Shown in pieces: positions 39,307-48,990 of a stretch of DNA of 48,990 nucleotides. This DNA is from a virus. The notes below the pieces were generated by a model. It saw only the letters and a list, made by a program, of their open reading frames with translations, had not been told where the DNA came from and did not search any database. The position numbers and the translations under genes are program-made. The DNA is taken from positions 1 through 48,990 of the IMG/VR virus record IMGVR_UViG_3300048916_000093; one strand, written 5' to 3'. How positions within the stretch are numbered: position 1 is the first letter of the stretch; every line of letters begins with the position of its first letter.

Positions 39307-39696
39307 ATGACGCTCGTAACCGCAAATCTCATCGTCGTGAAAGACCCGGAAACCGGGATAGTTCGGGAGGCGATGCCTGTAACGAACCCCGACGGCAGTC
39401 TTGTAGGCGGCGGTGGGGGCGGCGGAGGCGGCGCGGGACCAACCGTTACCGATTACAGCGCCGTCTTAACCGGGGCTAGCGACACGATCGTTACGGCGGG
39501 ACAAGCCGCTCATTACCTCGCTATTCAGAACCCAACCGGCAATGCCGACGTCACAGTCAATATCGCGGGCGGCGACGCCACCACCGGCGGAATCGTGCTG
39601 GTAGCGGGCGGTTCGCTCACCATAGACTTCGGGGTGGCCAATGCGGTCACGATCGCAGGCACGGCCGCTCAATCTGTTATCGTGTTCGCCGGCTAA
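39307..39696 (+). CDS. Hypothetical virion-module protein with a Gly9 run
   Basis: 129 aa. It contains SLVGGGGGGGGGAGP and ends in VIVFAG. Confidence 0.6.
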   Translation: MTLVTANLIVVKDPETGIVREAMPVTNPDGSLVGGGGGGGGGAGPTVTDYSAVLTGASDTIVTAGQAAHYLAIQNPTGNADVTVNIAGGDATTGGIVLVAGGSLTIDFGVANAVTIAGTAAQSVIVFAG

Positions 39697-39708
39697 AGGA
39701 TTCAAAAT

Positions 39709-40353
39709 ATGGGCATCAATAACCCCACCATCCCATTCAATCCTATCCCCAACCCGGTCGCGGTAACTAGCGCGACGGTGCCGGTGGACTTGGACCCCAA
39801 CGTGCGTTTCTATAACGTCACGAGCGGCGGTACGGCCGGCGTCGAGGGCCTCAACATCAACGGCCCCGCGGTGGAAGATACGGGCGTCAACGCCGCTTAC
39901 GTCGGGCAACGGATGGTGGTTTATTTTCTCTCCCGTACCGACAATGCCGATCGTGTCCACATGTCGCACAACACGTTCGAATATTTCGCCGTTTACGCGA
40001 ACAGCAATAATGCGAATATTGGACCCCAGGCCGTCAATCCGATCGTATTGACCAATGAGGGTGATTTCGCGACATTCGTTTTTACCGGGTATTACTGGTA
40101 TTTCGACTATTTCAACTCGAATGTACCTTTCACCACGGTTGAAAACGACGTCAATTTGCAGGGCGATTTTGGCGGAAACGTCAACATCACCGGGGGCTAT
40201 ACGGGAAGCACCGCGGGCGGCGACGTCATCATTCAGGGCGGGTCCGGTACTAGCGTTGGGCTCGTCAAGATGCCCGCGCTTCCCACGGCCGACCCTCACG
40301 TATTGAACGCGCTTTATCTGTCGGCCGGGGCCTTGATGGTTTCCGCCGGGTAA
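39709..40353 (+). CDS. Hypothetical virion-module protein (fibre-like C-terminus)
   Basis: 214 aa with AAGGA upstream. The C-terminus is LPTADPHVLNALYLSAGALMVSAG. Confidence 0.65.
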   Translation: MGINNPTIPFNPIPNPVAVTSATVPVDLDPNVRFYNVTSGGTAGVEGLNINGPAVEDTGVNAAYVGQRMVVYFLSRTDNADRVHMSHNTFEYFAVYANSNNANIGPQAVNPIVLTNEGDFATFVFTGYYWYFDYFNSNVPFTTVENDVNLQGDFGGNVNITGGYTGSTAGGDVIIQGGSGTSVGLVKMPALPTADPHVLNALYLSAGALMVSAG

Positions 40354-40358
40354 AAACG

Positions 40359-41231
40359 ATGGCCGACGATAAGCCACGGTCGCAAATCGGCGGAGTGCGC
40401 GTCACCGCTCAAGGCAAGCGGCTATTCGAGCGTGTTCGTGCCGCGGGCAAGCCGGTCGATCTCAAGGCCGTCCGTCCGTCGGCCGCGATCAGGGCCGACT
40501 ATCAAGCGCGCCTGGACAAGCTCGTCGACGACATGAACGCCAGTATCGTCTATTGGATCTCTGCGCGGTATCGAGCGAACCCGCCGGCCGCCCTCGCCAT
40601 GGACGCAAGCCCCGCCGAAGAGTTGCGCCGCGCGGTGCGCCGGCTCTCGCGACGGTGGCAACGGCGATTCGCGGAGTTGGGGCCGAAGCTCGCCGCATAT
40701 TTCGCCCAGGACGTCGCCAATCGAGTCGACGCGGATTTGAAGAAGGCGCTCAAGGACGCAGGCTTCACGGTCGATTTCAAGCTCACGCGCGCCCAGAACG
40801 ATGCTCTAGCCGCGACCGTCAACGAAAATGTGGCGCTGATAAAAAGCATTGGCCAGCAACACTTTACGCAAGTTGAGGGCTACGTCATGCGCGCCGTCCA
40901 AGCGGGTTCTGACCTAGGCACGCTGGCGAAGGAGCTGGAGGCCGGCTACGGTATTACGAAGCGTCGCGCCCAGAATATCGCGCGCTCTCAAAACTTTATG
41001 GCCAACTCGACCATGGTCAAGGTTCGCCAGCGCGAATTGGGCATCACCAAGGCGAAATGGCTTCACAGCGCCGGGGGCAAAACGCCCAGGCCGGAACATG
41101 TGGCATTTTCGGGTAAACTCTACGACGTCGAAAAGGGCGCGTTCCTTGAGGGAAAATGGACTTGGCCCGGCCGCGAGCCCAATTGTCGGTGCGTTTCGAT
41201 CAGCGTAATTCCGGGGCTTGAGGACCGTTAA
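40359..41231 (+). CDS. Head morphogenesis protein, MuF / SPP1 gp7-like
   Basis: WLHSAGGKTPRPEHVAFSGKLYD...WPGREPNCRCVS is the MuF family signature. Confidence 0.8.
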   Translation: MADDKPRSQIGGVRVTAQGKRLFERVRAAGKPVDLKAVRPSAAIRADYQARLDKLVDDMNASIVYWISARYRANPPAALAMDASPAEELRRAVRRLSRRWQRRFAELGPKLAAYFAQDVANRVDADLKKALKDAGFTVDFKLTRAQNDALAATVNENVALIKSIGQQHFTQVEGYVMRAVQAGSDLGTLAKELEAGYGITKRRAQNIARSQNFMANSTMVKVRQRELGITKAKWLHSAGGKTPRPEHVAFSGKLYDVEKGAFLEGKWTWPGREPNCRCVSISVIPGLEDR

Positions 41232-41291
41232 AATCGGGCGTACACCGTCGGCCCCGCCCCTCGCGGGAAACCTCAACGGAGAAGCCCCCAC

Positions 41292-41615
41292 ATGGACATT
41301 TTCGCCCGTATCGCTGCCGCGCTCGCCCTTCTGGCCAGCGGCGCAACTCGAACCGATCCCACCGTTCTGGAACACCTCCAGGCGATCGACCAGCACCTTG
41401 TCGACACCGACGCGCACGAGGCGGCCGACAATGCCGACGAGAGCGCCCGGCTCGACGTGATCGAAGCGGGCCTCCAGACGATCGCCAATGCGCTCCCCGC
41501 GCCGCCGGCTCCCGTCGAAGAGACGCCCACGCCGGTCGAAACGCCGGTGGACGAAACGCCGACGCCGGCAGACCCGACGACTCCGGTCGCACCGGATCAC
41601 CCCACCGGAGCTTAA
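41292..41615 (+). CDS. Hypothetical protein with hydrophobic N-terminus and Pro/Thr/Glu-rich tail
   Basis: 107 aa with GGAGAAG upstream. Confidence 0.55.
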   Translation: MDIFARIAAALALLASGATRTDPTVLEHLQAIDQHLVDTDAHEAADNADESARLDVIEAGLQTIANALPAPPAPVEETPTPVETPVDETPTPADPTTPVAPDHPTGA

Positions 41616-41687
41616 ATTTTAAGCTCTGTTCGGGACGGCCGTCGCGAGGTATCGTGGCGGCCGTTCTGCATTTGAAGGTGGCGGGGA

Positions 41688-42341
41688 ATGACCGACAGCA
41701 CGCTTGTTGACCTCGTCAAGGTCTTTATCAACACCCAAGGGACCGGCACGCTCGCTCTGGGGTCCGCCCTCCCCTCCTTTCGTGGCGTTGAGGCCCTCGT
41801 CGACGGGCTGATCTACGATTACTCGATCCAACAAGGCGCAAATTTCGAGTACGGAACGGGCACCTTTACAGCCGGCGACGGCACCCTCACGCGCGGCGTC
41901 CAGGCGTCCAGCTATGGCGGCGCGCCCATCCCCCTCGTCGCCAATGCCGTTTGCACCTTTACCGCGCTCGCGTCTTCCTTGCTACGTCCCGGCCCACAAG
42001 GGAATATCGGCCCGCGCGGCATCGGCGTCCCAACCCCCGTGACCATCATCACCGGCGATTACACGTTGCTCGCGACGGACGTCGAAACCTACCTCCTATT
42101 TCAGAACACCGGGGGTCCGGCCGTTCTTACCGTGCCGTCAATCTTTGACGTCGCCCTCCCGCTCGATAGCGTCATTTTCTTCGAACAGAATAGTGCGAAC
42201 GATGTTACGCTTGCGCCGGCGGATGGCGTCACGCTTAATAGTCGCGGCGGCTTTCTTAAGACCGGCGGTCAATTTGCAGTTGGACAAATCAAACAGGTCC
42301 AGGAGGATATTTGGACCGTCATCGGGGACATGACGACATGA
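41688..42341 (+). CDS. Hypothetical head-module protein with a short collagen-like GXY stretch
   Basis: 217 aa, containing GPQGNIGPRGIG. Confidence 0.6.
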   Translation: MTDSTLVDLVKVFINTQGTGTLALGSALPSFRGVEALVDGLIYDYSIQQGANFEYGTGTFTAGDGTLTRGVQASSYGGAPIPLVANAVCTFTALASSLLRPGPQGNIGPRGIGVPTPVTIITGDYTLLATDVETYLLFQNTGGPAVLTVPSIFDVALPLDSVIFFEQNSANDVTLAPADGVTLNSRGGFLKTGGQFAVGQIKQVQEDIWTVIGDMTT

Positions 42342-43753
42342 TCATTCGCGGCATGGCGATGGATCGCCGCCCCACCCCAAATTATGAGGCCAAGCCGGGC
42401 CTCGCGTTCGATCGTGCATCTGTCCGGACCTATGACAAGGACGGTCGTCTCCACGTATCGGTCACGCATATCAGCAAGGCCACGGTTGACCTTTATTACG
42501 GTCGCGAGATCCCCGGATTTGAAGAGTTGGGGCTGATCGCGGAAAAAGCGTATTATCTCCTTCGCGACCCGGAAGAAATCGCTAAGGCGGCTTCGACCTT
42601 CAACAATCTCCCCATCCTTAATCGGCATATTCCCGTCAATGCGGAAGCGCCACAACAGGAATATGTTGTTGGTTCGACGGGCACCGACGCGGAATTTTCC
42701 GCGCCATATCTCGACAATAGCGCCGTCGTTTGGGTCAAGGACTCAATCGAGCTGATTGAGAGCGACGAACAAAAGGAATGGTCGTGCGGGTATTACTATA
42801 CGCCCGACATGACGCCCGGCAATTTTAACGGGTTGCGTTACGATGGCGTTATGCGAAATATGATCGGCAATCACGTTGCATTGGTGAAGGACGGACGTGC
42901 CGGACCCGATGTTGTCGTTGGCGATGAAAAACCGGAGCAAGTGGGCACCATGGCAAAGATCAATTCCCGTCGGGCGCTGATGTTGAGTGGCGCAATCGCC
43001 GCGCATATCGCGCCGAAGCTCGCGATGGACGCTAAGGGCGTCGACCTCTCCGGTGCGCTCAAGGGCGTCACCGCGAAGACGCTGGGCAAGTCGGTCAATG
43101 CGGTCGCGGGTCGGGTCATGGATTCGCTCAAGGGCGTGAAGCTCGCCCAGGACGAATCGGTCGACGTGGCCGACGTCGTCGCGATCATCAAGGCGGTCGA
43201 CGGTGCGGATCTGGGCAGCGAGCCCGACGAGATCGCGTCCGACGATGACGACGAAATGATGAACGAACCGCCCGCCGTCGACGATGACGGCGACGCCATG
43301 TCGAAGATCATGGCTTTCCTCAAGGGCAAGCTGTCCGACGAAGACATGGAAACGATCGCCGGCATGTGCGGCGGTGGCACCACGACGGCCGACGATGACG
43401 CGCCCCCTCCCCCTCCCGGCGGCAAGGCCCCCGACGACAAGGACAAGCCCGCCATGGACGCCAAGGGTGTCGCACGTATCGTCAACGAAATGCGCGAAGC
43501 GGAGCGGCTCGTTGAGCCCCATATCGGCCGCGTCACGACCGCCCAGGAGAGCCCGGAGGCCATTTACAAGATGGCCCTGGACGCCAAGGGCGTCGACACA
43601 AAGGGTGTTCCCCCCACGGCGTTCAAGGCCATGGTCGGGATGCTGGGGCAAAAGGTTGCGGCTCCGGGCGGCGGCCTCGCGCTCGATCACAAGGCGGGAG
43701 CGAGCGATTTCGACAGTCGCTTCCCCAACGCCCATCCCATCCTCGCGTCGTAA
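42338..43753 (+). CDS. Scaffolding / prohead protease-like protein (DUF2213-like)
   Basis: ATGA overlap. It shows EWSCGYYYTPDMTPGNFNGLRYDGVMRNMIGNHVALVKDGRAGPD, then an acidic, helix-rich scaffold-like C half. Confidence 0.7.
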   Translation: MIIRGMAMDRRPTPNYEAKPGLAFDRASVRTYDKDGRLHVSVTHISKATVDLYYGREIPGFEELGLIAEKAYYLLRDPEEIAKAASTFNNLPILNRHIPVNAEAPQQEYVVGSTGTDAEFSAPYLDNSAVVWVKDSIELIESDEQKEWSCGYYYTPDMTPGNFNGLRYDGVMRNMIGNHVALVKDGRAGPDVVVGDEKPEQVGTMAKINSRRALMLSGAIAAHIAPKLAMDAKGVDLSGALKGVTAKTLGKSVNAVAGRVMDSLKGVKLAQDESVDVADVVAIIKAVDGADLGSEPDEIASDDDDEMMNEPPAVDDDGDAMSKIMAFLKGKLSDEDMETIAGMCGGGTTTADDDAPPPPPGGKAPDDKDKPAMDAKGVARIVNEMREAERLVEPHIGRVTTAQESPEAIYKMALDAKGVDTKGVPPTAFKAMVGMLGQKVAAPGGGLALDHKAGASDFDSRFPNAHPILAS

Positions 43754-43765
43754 GGGGCAACGCAA

Positions 43766-44683
43766 ATGACCGGTTTTCAGACTTTCGTCAACACGGACCT
43801 CCCCGTTGCGGTCGAAGGCGATTTCGCCTCCGCCAATCCGCGCGCGTCCATGCTTTCGATCGGGTCGCAGCTCGTCGCCGGTTCGGCGGGTGTCGTCGTC
43901 GGTCGCTTCGGCCGCGCGCTTCTAGCGGACGGCTCGATCACGAATGCCAAGCCGGCCGGCGCGAGCCGCCTGGGCTTCATCCATCGCGACCAACCGGCGT
44001 TGATCACGGGTTGGCTCCAGCAAGCCTCCATGGTCGTCCAGGCCGGCTTGGAAATGACCATGTTCGACATGGGCGATTTCTGGGCTCGATTCGCGGGCGG
44101 TGCGGCAGTCGGGCAGAAAGTGTTCGCTTCCAACCTGGACGGCGCGGCGGAAGCCGGCACGGCGGGTTCGCCTCCGGCGGTCAACAGCTTCACGGCGGCG
44201 GCCGGCGCGGCCTTCACCGGCTCGATCGCGACCAACGTCCTTACGGTTACGGCCGTAGCCGACGGCGCGCTTTCGGTCGGGGACCTGATCACCGGCGCGG
44301 GCATCATCGGCGACGTCTTCATTTCGTCCCTGGGCACGGGCACCGGCGGCACCGGCACTTACAACCTGTCCGCCACGCCCGGCACGATCGCCAGCGAAGC
44401 CATGGTCGCGAGTTCGACGGTCATGATCGTTTCGGCGGTCGGCTCCGGCACCCTCGTTGCAGGTCAAGAGCTGTCCGGCACAGGCGTTACCGCGGGGACC
44501 GCCATCGCGGCCCAGCTCACGGGCTCGGCCGGTGCGGCCGGCCGCTATTCGATTTCGCCGCGCTCGCGCTTCGCGTCGACCACCGTTGCCGGCTCGGATG
44601 CATCGGAAAGCATTTTCTATGTTCATTCGGCGTGCGCGCCGGGCGAATTGGCGATGATTTCCGACCGTCCGGTCACGCTGTAA
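43766..44683 (+). CDS. Head decoration/cement-like protein carrying one to two copies of the shared ~65-aa domain
   Basis: 305 aa, lying between the scaffold and major capsid genes. It contains LTVTAVADGALSVGDLITGAGI...GGTGTYNL...ASEAM plus a degenerate second copy. Confidence 0.65.
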   Translation: MTGFQTFVNTDLPVAVEGDFASANPRASMLSIGSQLVAGSAGVVVGRFGRALLADGSITNAKPAGASRLGFIHRDQPALITGWLQQASMVVQAGLEMTMFDMGDFWARFAGGAAVGQKVFASNLDGAAEAGTAGSPPAVNSFTAAAGAAFTGSIATNVLTVTAVADGALSVGDLITGAGIIGDVFISSLGTGTGGTGTYNLSATPGTIASEAMVASSTVMIVSAVGSGTLVAGQELSGTGVTAGTAIAAQLTGSAGAAGRYSISPRSRFASTTVAGSDASESIFYVHSACAPGELAMISDRPVTL

Positions 44684-44707
44684 TCCTCAAGGGTAGGGGC
44701 AAATAAA

Positions 44708-45748
44708 ATGGATCGTGGGCAGCTTGCAGTTTTGGAGGGTCGCGGGATTATCCCGTTCGCCCCTGGCTATGCCGCGTCGGGCGAATATTCGGAGCCGGAT
44801 TGGGCGCGTGACTTCGCGCTCGCGATGGACGCGCAACCCGCCCTCGTGACCACTCCGAACGCGGGTATCCCGGCGTATCTGGCGAACCTCCTGGACCCGG
44901 AAATCGTCCGCGTCCTCGTCTCGCCGCTCAAGTCGGTCGAGATCTACGGCGAGACGAAGAAGGGCGATTGGACCCTCCTGTCGACGCAATTCCCGCTCGT
45001 CGAGAATACCGGCGTCGTGTCGTCCTATGGCGATTTCAGCAACAACGGCTCGTCGGGCACCAACATCAATTGGGTGCCGCGCCAGAGCTACCATTTCCAG
45101 ACCGTCACCGAATGGGGCGAGCGCGAGCTGGAAATGTACGGCCTCGCCAAGATCAATTACGCCAACGAACAGAATATGTCGTCGGTGATGACCCTGGAGC
45201 GTTTCCGCAACAAGGCCAATTTCTTCGGCATCAATCGCCTCCAGCTCTACGGTGCGCTCAACGACCCGTCGCTATTCGCGCCCATCCTTCCGACCGTGAA
45301 GACGGCCGGCGGGTACACCTGGGCCGTGGCGACCGCCCAGGAGATCTACAACGACGTCCTGTTGTTGTTCTCACAGCTCCAAAAGCAGCTCGTCGGCCTC
45401 GCGCCGGATATGGCCGCCAAGCTCGTGCTGGCCATGTCTCCGACCATGGTCGTCAACCTCAAGAAGGTGTCGATTTACAACGTCACCGCCGAACAGACGA
45501 TCAAGGAGAATTTCCCGAATCTCCGGATCGAGACGGCCCCCGAATTCTCGACGGTGTCGGGTGAGCTGATCCAGTTCTTCTTGGAAGAGCTGGACGGTAT
45601 CCGGTCGGTCTATACGGCCTTCACGGAGAAGCTCCGCGCCCACCCGGTCATTCCTTCGCTTTCCTCGTGGAAGCAGAAGAAGAGCGGCGGGACCTGGGGC
45701 TCGATCATCCGTCGGCCGCTCTGTTTCGTCCAGATGCTGGGGGTCTAA
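44708..45748 (+). CDS. Major capsid protein (DUF2184-like)
   Basis: 346 aa, in the expected position after the scaffold and decoration genes. PNAGIPAYLANLLDPEIV is typical of this capsid family as I recall it. Confidence 0.75.
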   Translation: MDRGQLAVLEGRGIIPFAPGYAASGEYSEPDWARDFALAMDAQPALVTTPNAGIPAYLANLLDPEIVRVLVSPLKSVEIYGETKKGDWTLLSTQFPLVENTGVVSSYGDFSNNGSSGTNINWVPRQSYHFQTVTEWGERELEMYGLAKINYANEQNMSSVMTLERFRNKANFFGINRLQLYGALNDPSLFAPILPTVKTAGGYTWAVATAQEIYNDVLLLFSQLQKQLVGLAPDMAAKLVLAMSPTMVVNLKKVSIYNVTAEQTIKENFPNLRIETAPEFSTVSGELIQFFLEELDGIRSVYTAFTEKLRAHPVIPSLSSWKQKKSGGTWGSIIRRPLCFVQMLGV

Positions 45749-45787
45749 CGGCCCCCACCGTCCCGACACCCCACCCCGGAGAATATC

Positions 45788-46132
45788 ATGGTTGCCCAGG
45801 TCAAGATTGCGTGCAAGCTCCCGAATGGCCTTACCGTTCGCCACAAGGACCACGTCCACGTCCTCAAGGGCGCGAACGACGCCAACGCGGTGGCCGGCTT
45901 CGGCGTTACTGCCGGGGTCGACGTGGATTGGTTCAACGACTGGGTCACGACCGACGGCAAGGACCTCCCCTTCATCAAGAACGGGTCGGTTTTCGTCATG
46001 AAGGACGCCGCCGCGGCGAGGGAACGTAAGGATCTCGTCACGGGGATGGAGCCCCTGGACCCCGACAAGCCGGCTCCGGGTATCGAGCCCACCGACGAGA
46101 CGAAGAAGGTCTTGGCGGGCGAGGAAGTCTAA
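45788..46132 (+). CDS. Hypothetical head protein (114 aa)
   Basis: GGAG upstream. Confidence 0.6.
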   Translation: MVAQVKIACKLPNGLTVRHKDHVHVLKGANDANAVAGFGVTAGVDVDWFNDWVTTDGKDLPFIKNGSVFVMKDAAAARERKDLVTGMEPLDPDKPAPGIEPTDETKKVLAGEEV

Positions 46133-46142
46133 GGAACAGCGG

Positions 46143-46604
46143 ATGGCCATCGCGGTCTTCAACTATGCGTTGTGGGCCGCGCGGTACCCCCTCCTAGCGG
46201 CCAAGGTATCAGAGCCCCTCGCCTCCGCGTATTTCACGGAAGCGGGGCAGCTCTATTGCGAGAATAGCGACACGTCGCCGGTGTGCGACGTCGCTGTCCG
46301 CCTTACTCTGCTCAACATGCTGGTTGCCCATATCGGCGCGCTGGAGACGTCCAAGGCGGCCCAGCAAGGGCTTGTCGGCCGGATCTCCAGCGTGACCGAA
46401 GGCGGCGTCACGGTCGCGATCGATCTGGGCTCTGTTCCCGGCACGGAGGCATGGTACGCGCAAACGCAATACGGCCTCGCGTTCTGGACGGCTACGGCCC
46501 CCTACCGCACCATGCATTACGTGCCCGGCGACGAGCCTTATTTGGGCGTACCTGGACCGAACGGCTGGGGCGGGATGCTGCCCTATGGCGGGTTCAATCA
46601 GTGA
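46143..46604 (+). CDS. Head-tail connector protein (DUF4054-like)
   Basis: [12 protein letters not shown]...[12 protein letters not shown] fits the pattern. Confidence 0.65.
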   Translation: MAIAVFNYALWAARYPLLAAKVSEPLASAYFTEAGQLYCENSDTSPVCDVAVRLTLLNMLVAHIGALETSKAAQQGLVGRISSVTEGGVTVAIDLGSVPGTEAWYAQTQYGLAFWTATAPYRTMHYVPGDEPYLGVPGPNGWGGMLPYGGFNQ

Positions 46605-47050
46605 CCGTGATTTCCGGTGGTGCGGCCATGGACGCTGCGCTCGCGAGGATGGCGCGCGGACTCGATCGGCCGCTTAAGCTCCAGGTTGGATATCCGGAGG
46701 GAGAGACGTATCCCGACGGTACGCCCCTGGGCCTCGTGGCGGCCGTCAACAACTACGGCGCACCGGCTCGCGGGATTCCGCCGCGCCCCTTCTTTACCGA
46801 TACGATTAAGGCCGGGGAGAGTCGGTGGCCGGGCGAGATCGCGGCCATTGCCAAAGCGGCGGAGTATAACCCCGGCCTCACGCTCGCGCGTTTTGGCGAT
46901 AATGTCGCCGGCCAAATCAAGGAGGCAATCGGCGCTTGGGAAGATCCGCCCAATGCGGAAAGCACCGTCGCGCGGAAAGGGTTTGACAAGCCCCTGATCG
47001 ACACGCACCTCATGTTCGATTCTGTCAAATCGATCGTGAGCGACACCTAA
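46601..47050 (+). CDS. Head-tail adaptor candidate
   Basis: GTG 46601 (GTGA overlap) or ATG 46628. The call is by position. Confidence 0.6.
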   Translation: MTVISGGAAMDAALARMARGLDRPLKLQVGYPEGETYPDGTPLGLVAAVNNYGAPARGIPPRPFFTDTIKAGESRWPGEIAAIAKAAEYNPGLTLARFGDNVAGQIKEAIGAWEDPPNAESTVARKGFDKPLIDTHLMFDSVKSIVSDT

Positions 47051-47484
47051 TGGGCATGGACCTTCATTCTATCGTCGCGCCCATCGTCGGGATTGTGAAC
47101 GACAACGTTACCGGCGTTTGGTATCGCTCCGAAGATTACACGACCGCGCCCAGCGGAAAGCGCGAGCCGGCCTATGCTATTATGGACGCGGCGCTCGACG
47201 TCCAGGTCCAGGCGGTCGAAGGTGAGACGCTCAAGCAAGTCGACAGCCTCAATATCCAGGGAATCAAGCGGTCATTCTTCGCCTCCGCCGATATCCGCGG
47301 GGCCGATCGAGCGGCGAAATTCGGCGGCGATATTCTCCAATTTGGCAACACGGACGACGTCCCCGCGCCCCTCCAAAACACCTCGTGGCTCATCGTTCTT
47401 GTGGTTGAGCCCTGGAGCGCGTCCGGCTGGACCCATAGTGTGGGCGTCCAACAGGACGACCCCATTCCCCTCGTGACGCCATGA
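47050..47484 (+). CDS. Tail completion / neck protein candidate
   Basis: 144 aa with a TAATG overlap. Confidence 0.6.
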   Translation: MGMDLHSIVAPIVGIVNDNVTGVWYRSEDYTTAPSGKREPAYAIMDAALDVQVQAVEGETLKQVDSLNIQGIKRSFFASADIRGADRAAKFGGDILQFGNTDDVPAPLQNTSWLIVLVVEPWSASGWTHSVGVQQDDPIPLVTP

Positions 47485-48011
47485 GCTTCACCGTCACCCC
47501 CACCGAAGACGACGTCCTTACGGCTGTGCGCGCGTTGCTGTTGACGATCGTCGACGGCTCGACGGTGGAGGTCGTCCAGGGGCAGGTTAACCGGGTGCCG
47601 GAGTGCAAAAGTCCCGATTTTATCGTCATGACCCCTACGACTCGCCTTCGCCTGTCGACCGACGAGGACAATTGGGACACGGCCGACACGAATCCGGCAA
47701 CGATCGTCGCCAGTTACAACACCGAATATACGCTACAGCTCGACATTCACGGCCCCAACGGTAGCAACATCGCGGCCATGGTCTGCACCCTCTGGCGCAA
47801 CCCCTATAGCTGTGATCAGATGGCCGGGACCGGCGTTACGCCGCTTTACGCGACCGACGGCAAGCAAATGCCTTTCATCAATGGCGAGTCGCAATGGGAG
47901 AATCGTTGGGTGACGACACTCTCCATGCAAATCACGCCCACCGTCTCGACACCGATGCAATTTGCGGATACGCTCGACGTCACTATTTCGAGCGCCCTTG
48001 GGGGAGTGTAA
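47481..48011 (+). CDS. Tail terminator / neck protein candidate
   Basis: 176 aa with an ATGA overlap, immediately upstream of the sheath-like gene. Confidence 0.6.
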   Translation: MSFTVTPTEDDVLTAVRALLLTIVDGSTVEVVQGQVNRVPECKSPDFIVMTPTTRLRLSTDEDNWDTADTNPATIVASYNTEYTLQLDIHGPNGSNIAAMVCTLWRNPYSCDQMAGTGVTPLYATDGKQMPFINGESQWENRWVTTLSMQITPTVSTPMQFADTLDVTISSALGGV

Positions 48012-48015
48012 ACGA

Positions 48016-48990
48016 ATGACTAGCATCCCAGCCGATCGGCTCGTCAAGGTCACGCCTACGGTCGTTCCGACCGGCGGGACCGGGCTTGACGTCCAGGGCC
48101 TTTTTCTCACGCAAAGCAACCGCGTGCCGATCGGCCAAGTCCAGGCATTCCAGAGCGACGATGACGTTGCCGCCTTCTTCGGCGCGTCGTCCCTGGAGGC
48201 GTCCGTTGCGGTTCGTTATTTCAAGGGCTACGACAGCTCCCCAATCAAACCGGCCAACCTCCTGTTTGCGCAATATCCGCCGACGGACGTTGCCGCATAT
48301 CTTCGCGGCGGCTCGCTCAAAGCGATGACGCTGGCCCAGCTCAAGGCCATCGCCGGCACCGTTGCCCTCACGATCAATGGGGTTTTGGTCACGTCGGGCG
48401 CGATCAACTTGACCGGCGCGACGAGCTTTTCAAGCGCGGCGACGATCATCGCGGCAGCATTCAATCATAACGACGCGAATTTTACCGCGAGCCAATCCGG
48501 CAACGTTCTCACCGTCACCGCGGTTGCGAGTGGCGCACTCGCGGTCGGTCAGGTTGTCGCGGGGGCGGGTGTTACCGCGGGGACCAAGATCACCGCTCTG
48601 GGCACCGGCACCGGTGGGACCGGAACCTATACGGTCGACAGCTCCGCCACGATCGCCAGTGAGGCCATGACGGCCGGTGCGTTGACGGTGGCATTCGACA
48701 GCGTATCGAGTGCCTTTGTCCTCACCGACGGGACGCCGGGTGCCGACAGCACGATCACCACGGCCGACGTATCCAGCGCCGCAACCGCGCTCAAGCTCAC
48801 CACAGCGACGGGCGCGACGACGTCACAAGGTGCGGTTGCGGCGACGCCCGCGAGCGCCATGGATAGCGTCACCGCCGCGACGCAGGATTTCGTTACTTTC
48901 TCGACGATCTTCCAGCCCAGCGACGACGACATGATTGCCTTTGCCGCATGGTGCAGCGATCAGTCGGCGCGTTTCCCCTATATCCAGTGG
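48016..48990 (+). CDS. Tail sheath-like / major tail protein (DUF3383-like), 5' part; continues at nt 128..853 after removing the duplicated 127 nt
   Basis: ATG 48016 follows GGGGAG. The frame is open to the window end (MTSIPADRLVKVTPTVVPTGGTGLDVQGLFLTQSNRVPIGQ...). The joined product is 566 aa. The N-terminal pattern and the position upstream of tube, chaperone and tape measure fit a sheath/major tail protein. Confidence 0.8.
   Translation, partial: MTSIPADRLVKVTPTVVPTGGTGLDVQGLFLTQSNRVPIGQVQAFQSDDDVAAFFGASSLEASVAVRYFKGYDSSPIKPANLLFAQYPPTDVAAYLRGGSLKAMTLAQLKAIAGTVALTINGVLVTSGAINLTGATSFSSAATIIAAAFNHNDANFTASQSGNVLTVTAVASGALAVGQVVAGAGVTAGTKITALGTGTGGTGTYTVDSSATIASEAMTAGALTVAFDSVSSAFVLTDGTPGADSTITTADVSSAATALKLTTATGATTSQGAVAATPASAMDSVTAATQDFVTFSTIFQPSDDDMIAFAAWCSDQSARFPYIQW
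48864..48990. repeat. Terminal exact duplication, copy 2
   Basis: Identical to nt 1-127. Confidence 0.95.

Noticed and set aside
1-48990. Temperate lifestyle or prophage
   Set aside because: I found no integrase, recombinase, excisionase, CI/Cro-type pair or att-like flanks. The TetR-like and RHH regulators alone do not establish lysogeny. The lifestyle is left open, leaning towards virulent.

Overview
The window is a complete, circularly assembled genome of a visibly GC-rich tailed phage. Nt 1-127 are identical to nt 48864-48990, leaving about 48.86 kb of unique sequence. The gene set is of the contractile-tail type, and an overlapped i-/o-spanin pair points to a Gram-negative host. I call about 70 protein genes and one tRNA-Gln(UUG). 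I see no integrase or CI-type lysogeny module.

Layout:
- Rightward late block: terS (31111), terL, portal, MuF-like protein, scaffold, decoration protein, major capsid and connectors. It continues with a sheath-like gene that crosses the junction, then tube, chaperone with a -1 frameshift, tape measure, baseplate and tail fibre. It ends with a GH19 endolysin/holin/spanin cassette and three putative receptor-binding proteins, at 15738.
- Leftward replication block 15735-22044: Zn-ribbon protein, HNH endonuclease, family-A DNA polymerase, tRNA, SSB-like protein and Cas4-like exonuclease.
- Rightward early block 22108-30682: SF2 helicase, VRR-NUC, a Spo11/TopoVI-A-like protein, a metallopeptidase-like protein, a Cys-rich protein, a short TetR-like HTH and a primase-helicase.
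- An AT-rich iteron region at 30682-30965.

Most noteworthy observations:
1. The portal is fused to a Zeta-toxin-like kinase domain.
2. There is a stand-alone Spo11/TopoVI-A-like protein.
3. A leftward island of eight small genes (37111-39177) sits inside the head module. It is controlled by four CTTGATATC(A/T)AG palindromes and encodes a leaderless RHH gene, so it is a candidate anti-defence or host-takeover locus.
4. A translationally coupled three-gene opposite-strand cassette lies inside the baseplate module.
5. The CCA end of the tRNA-Gln overlaps the DNA polymerase start codon.
6. Three further families of palindromic or promoter motifs recur, and one ~65-aa domain is shared by the sheath, baseplate J and head decoration proteins.

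All functional calls come from motif recognition by eye. No searches were run.
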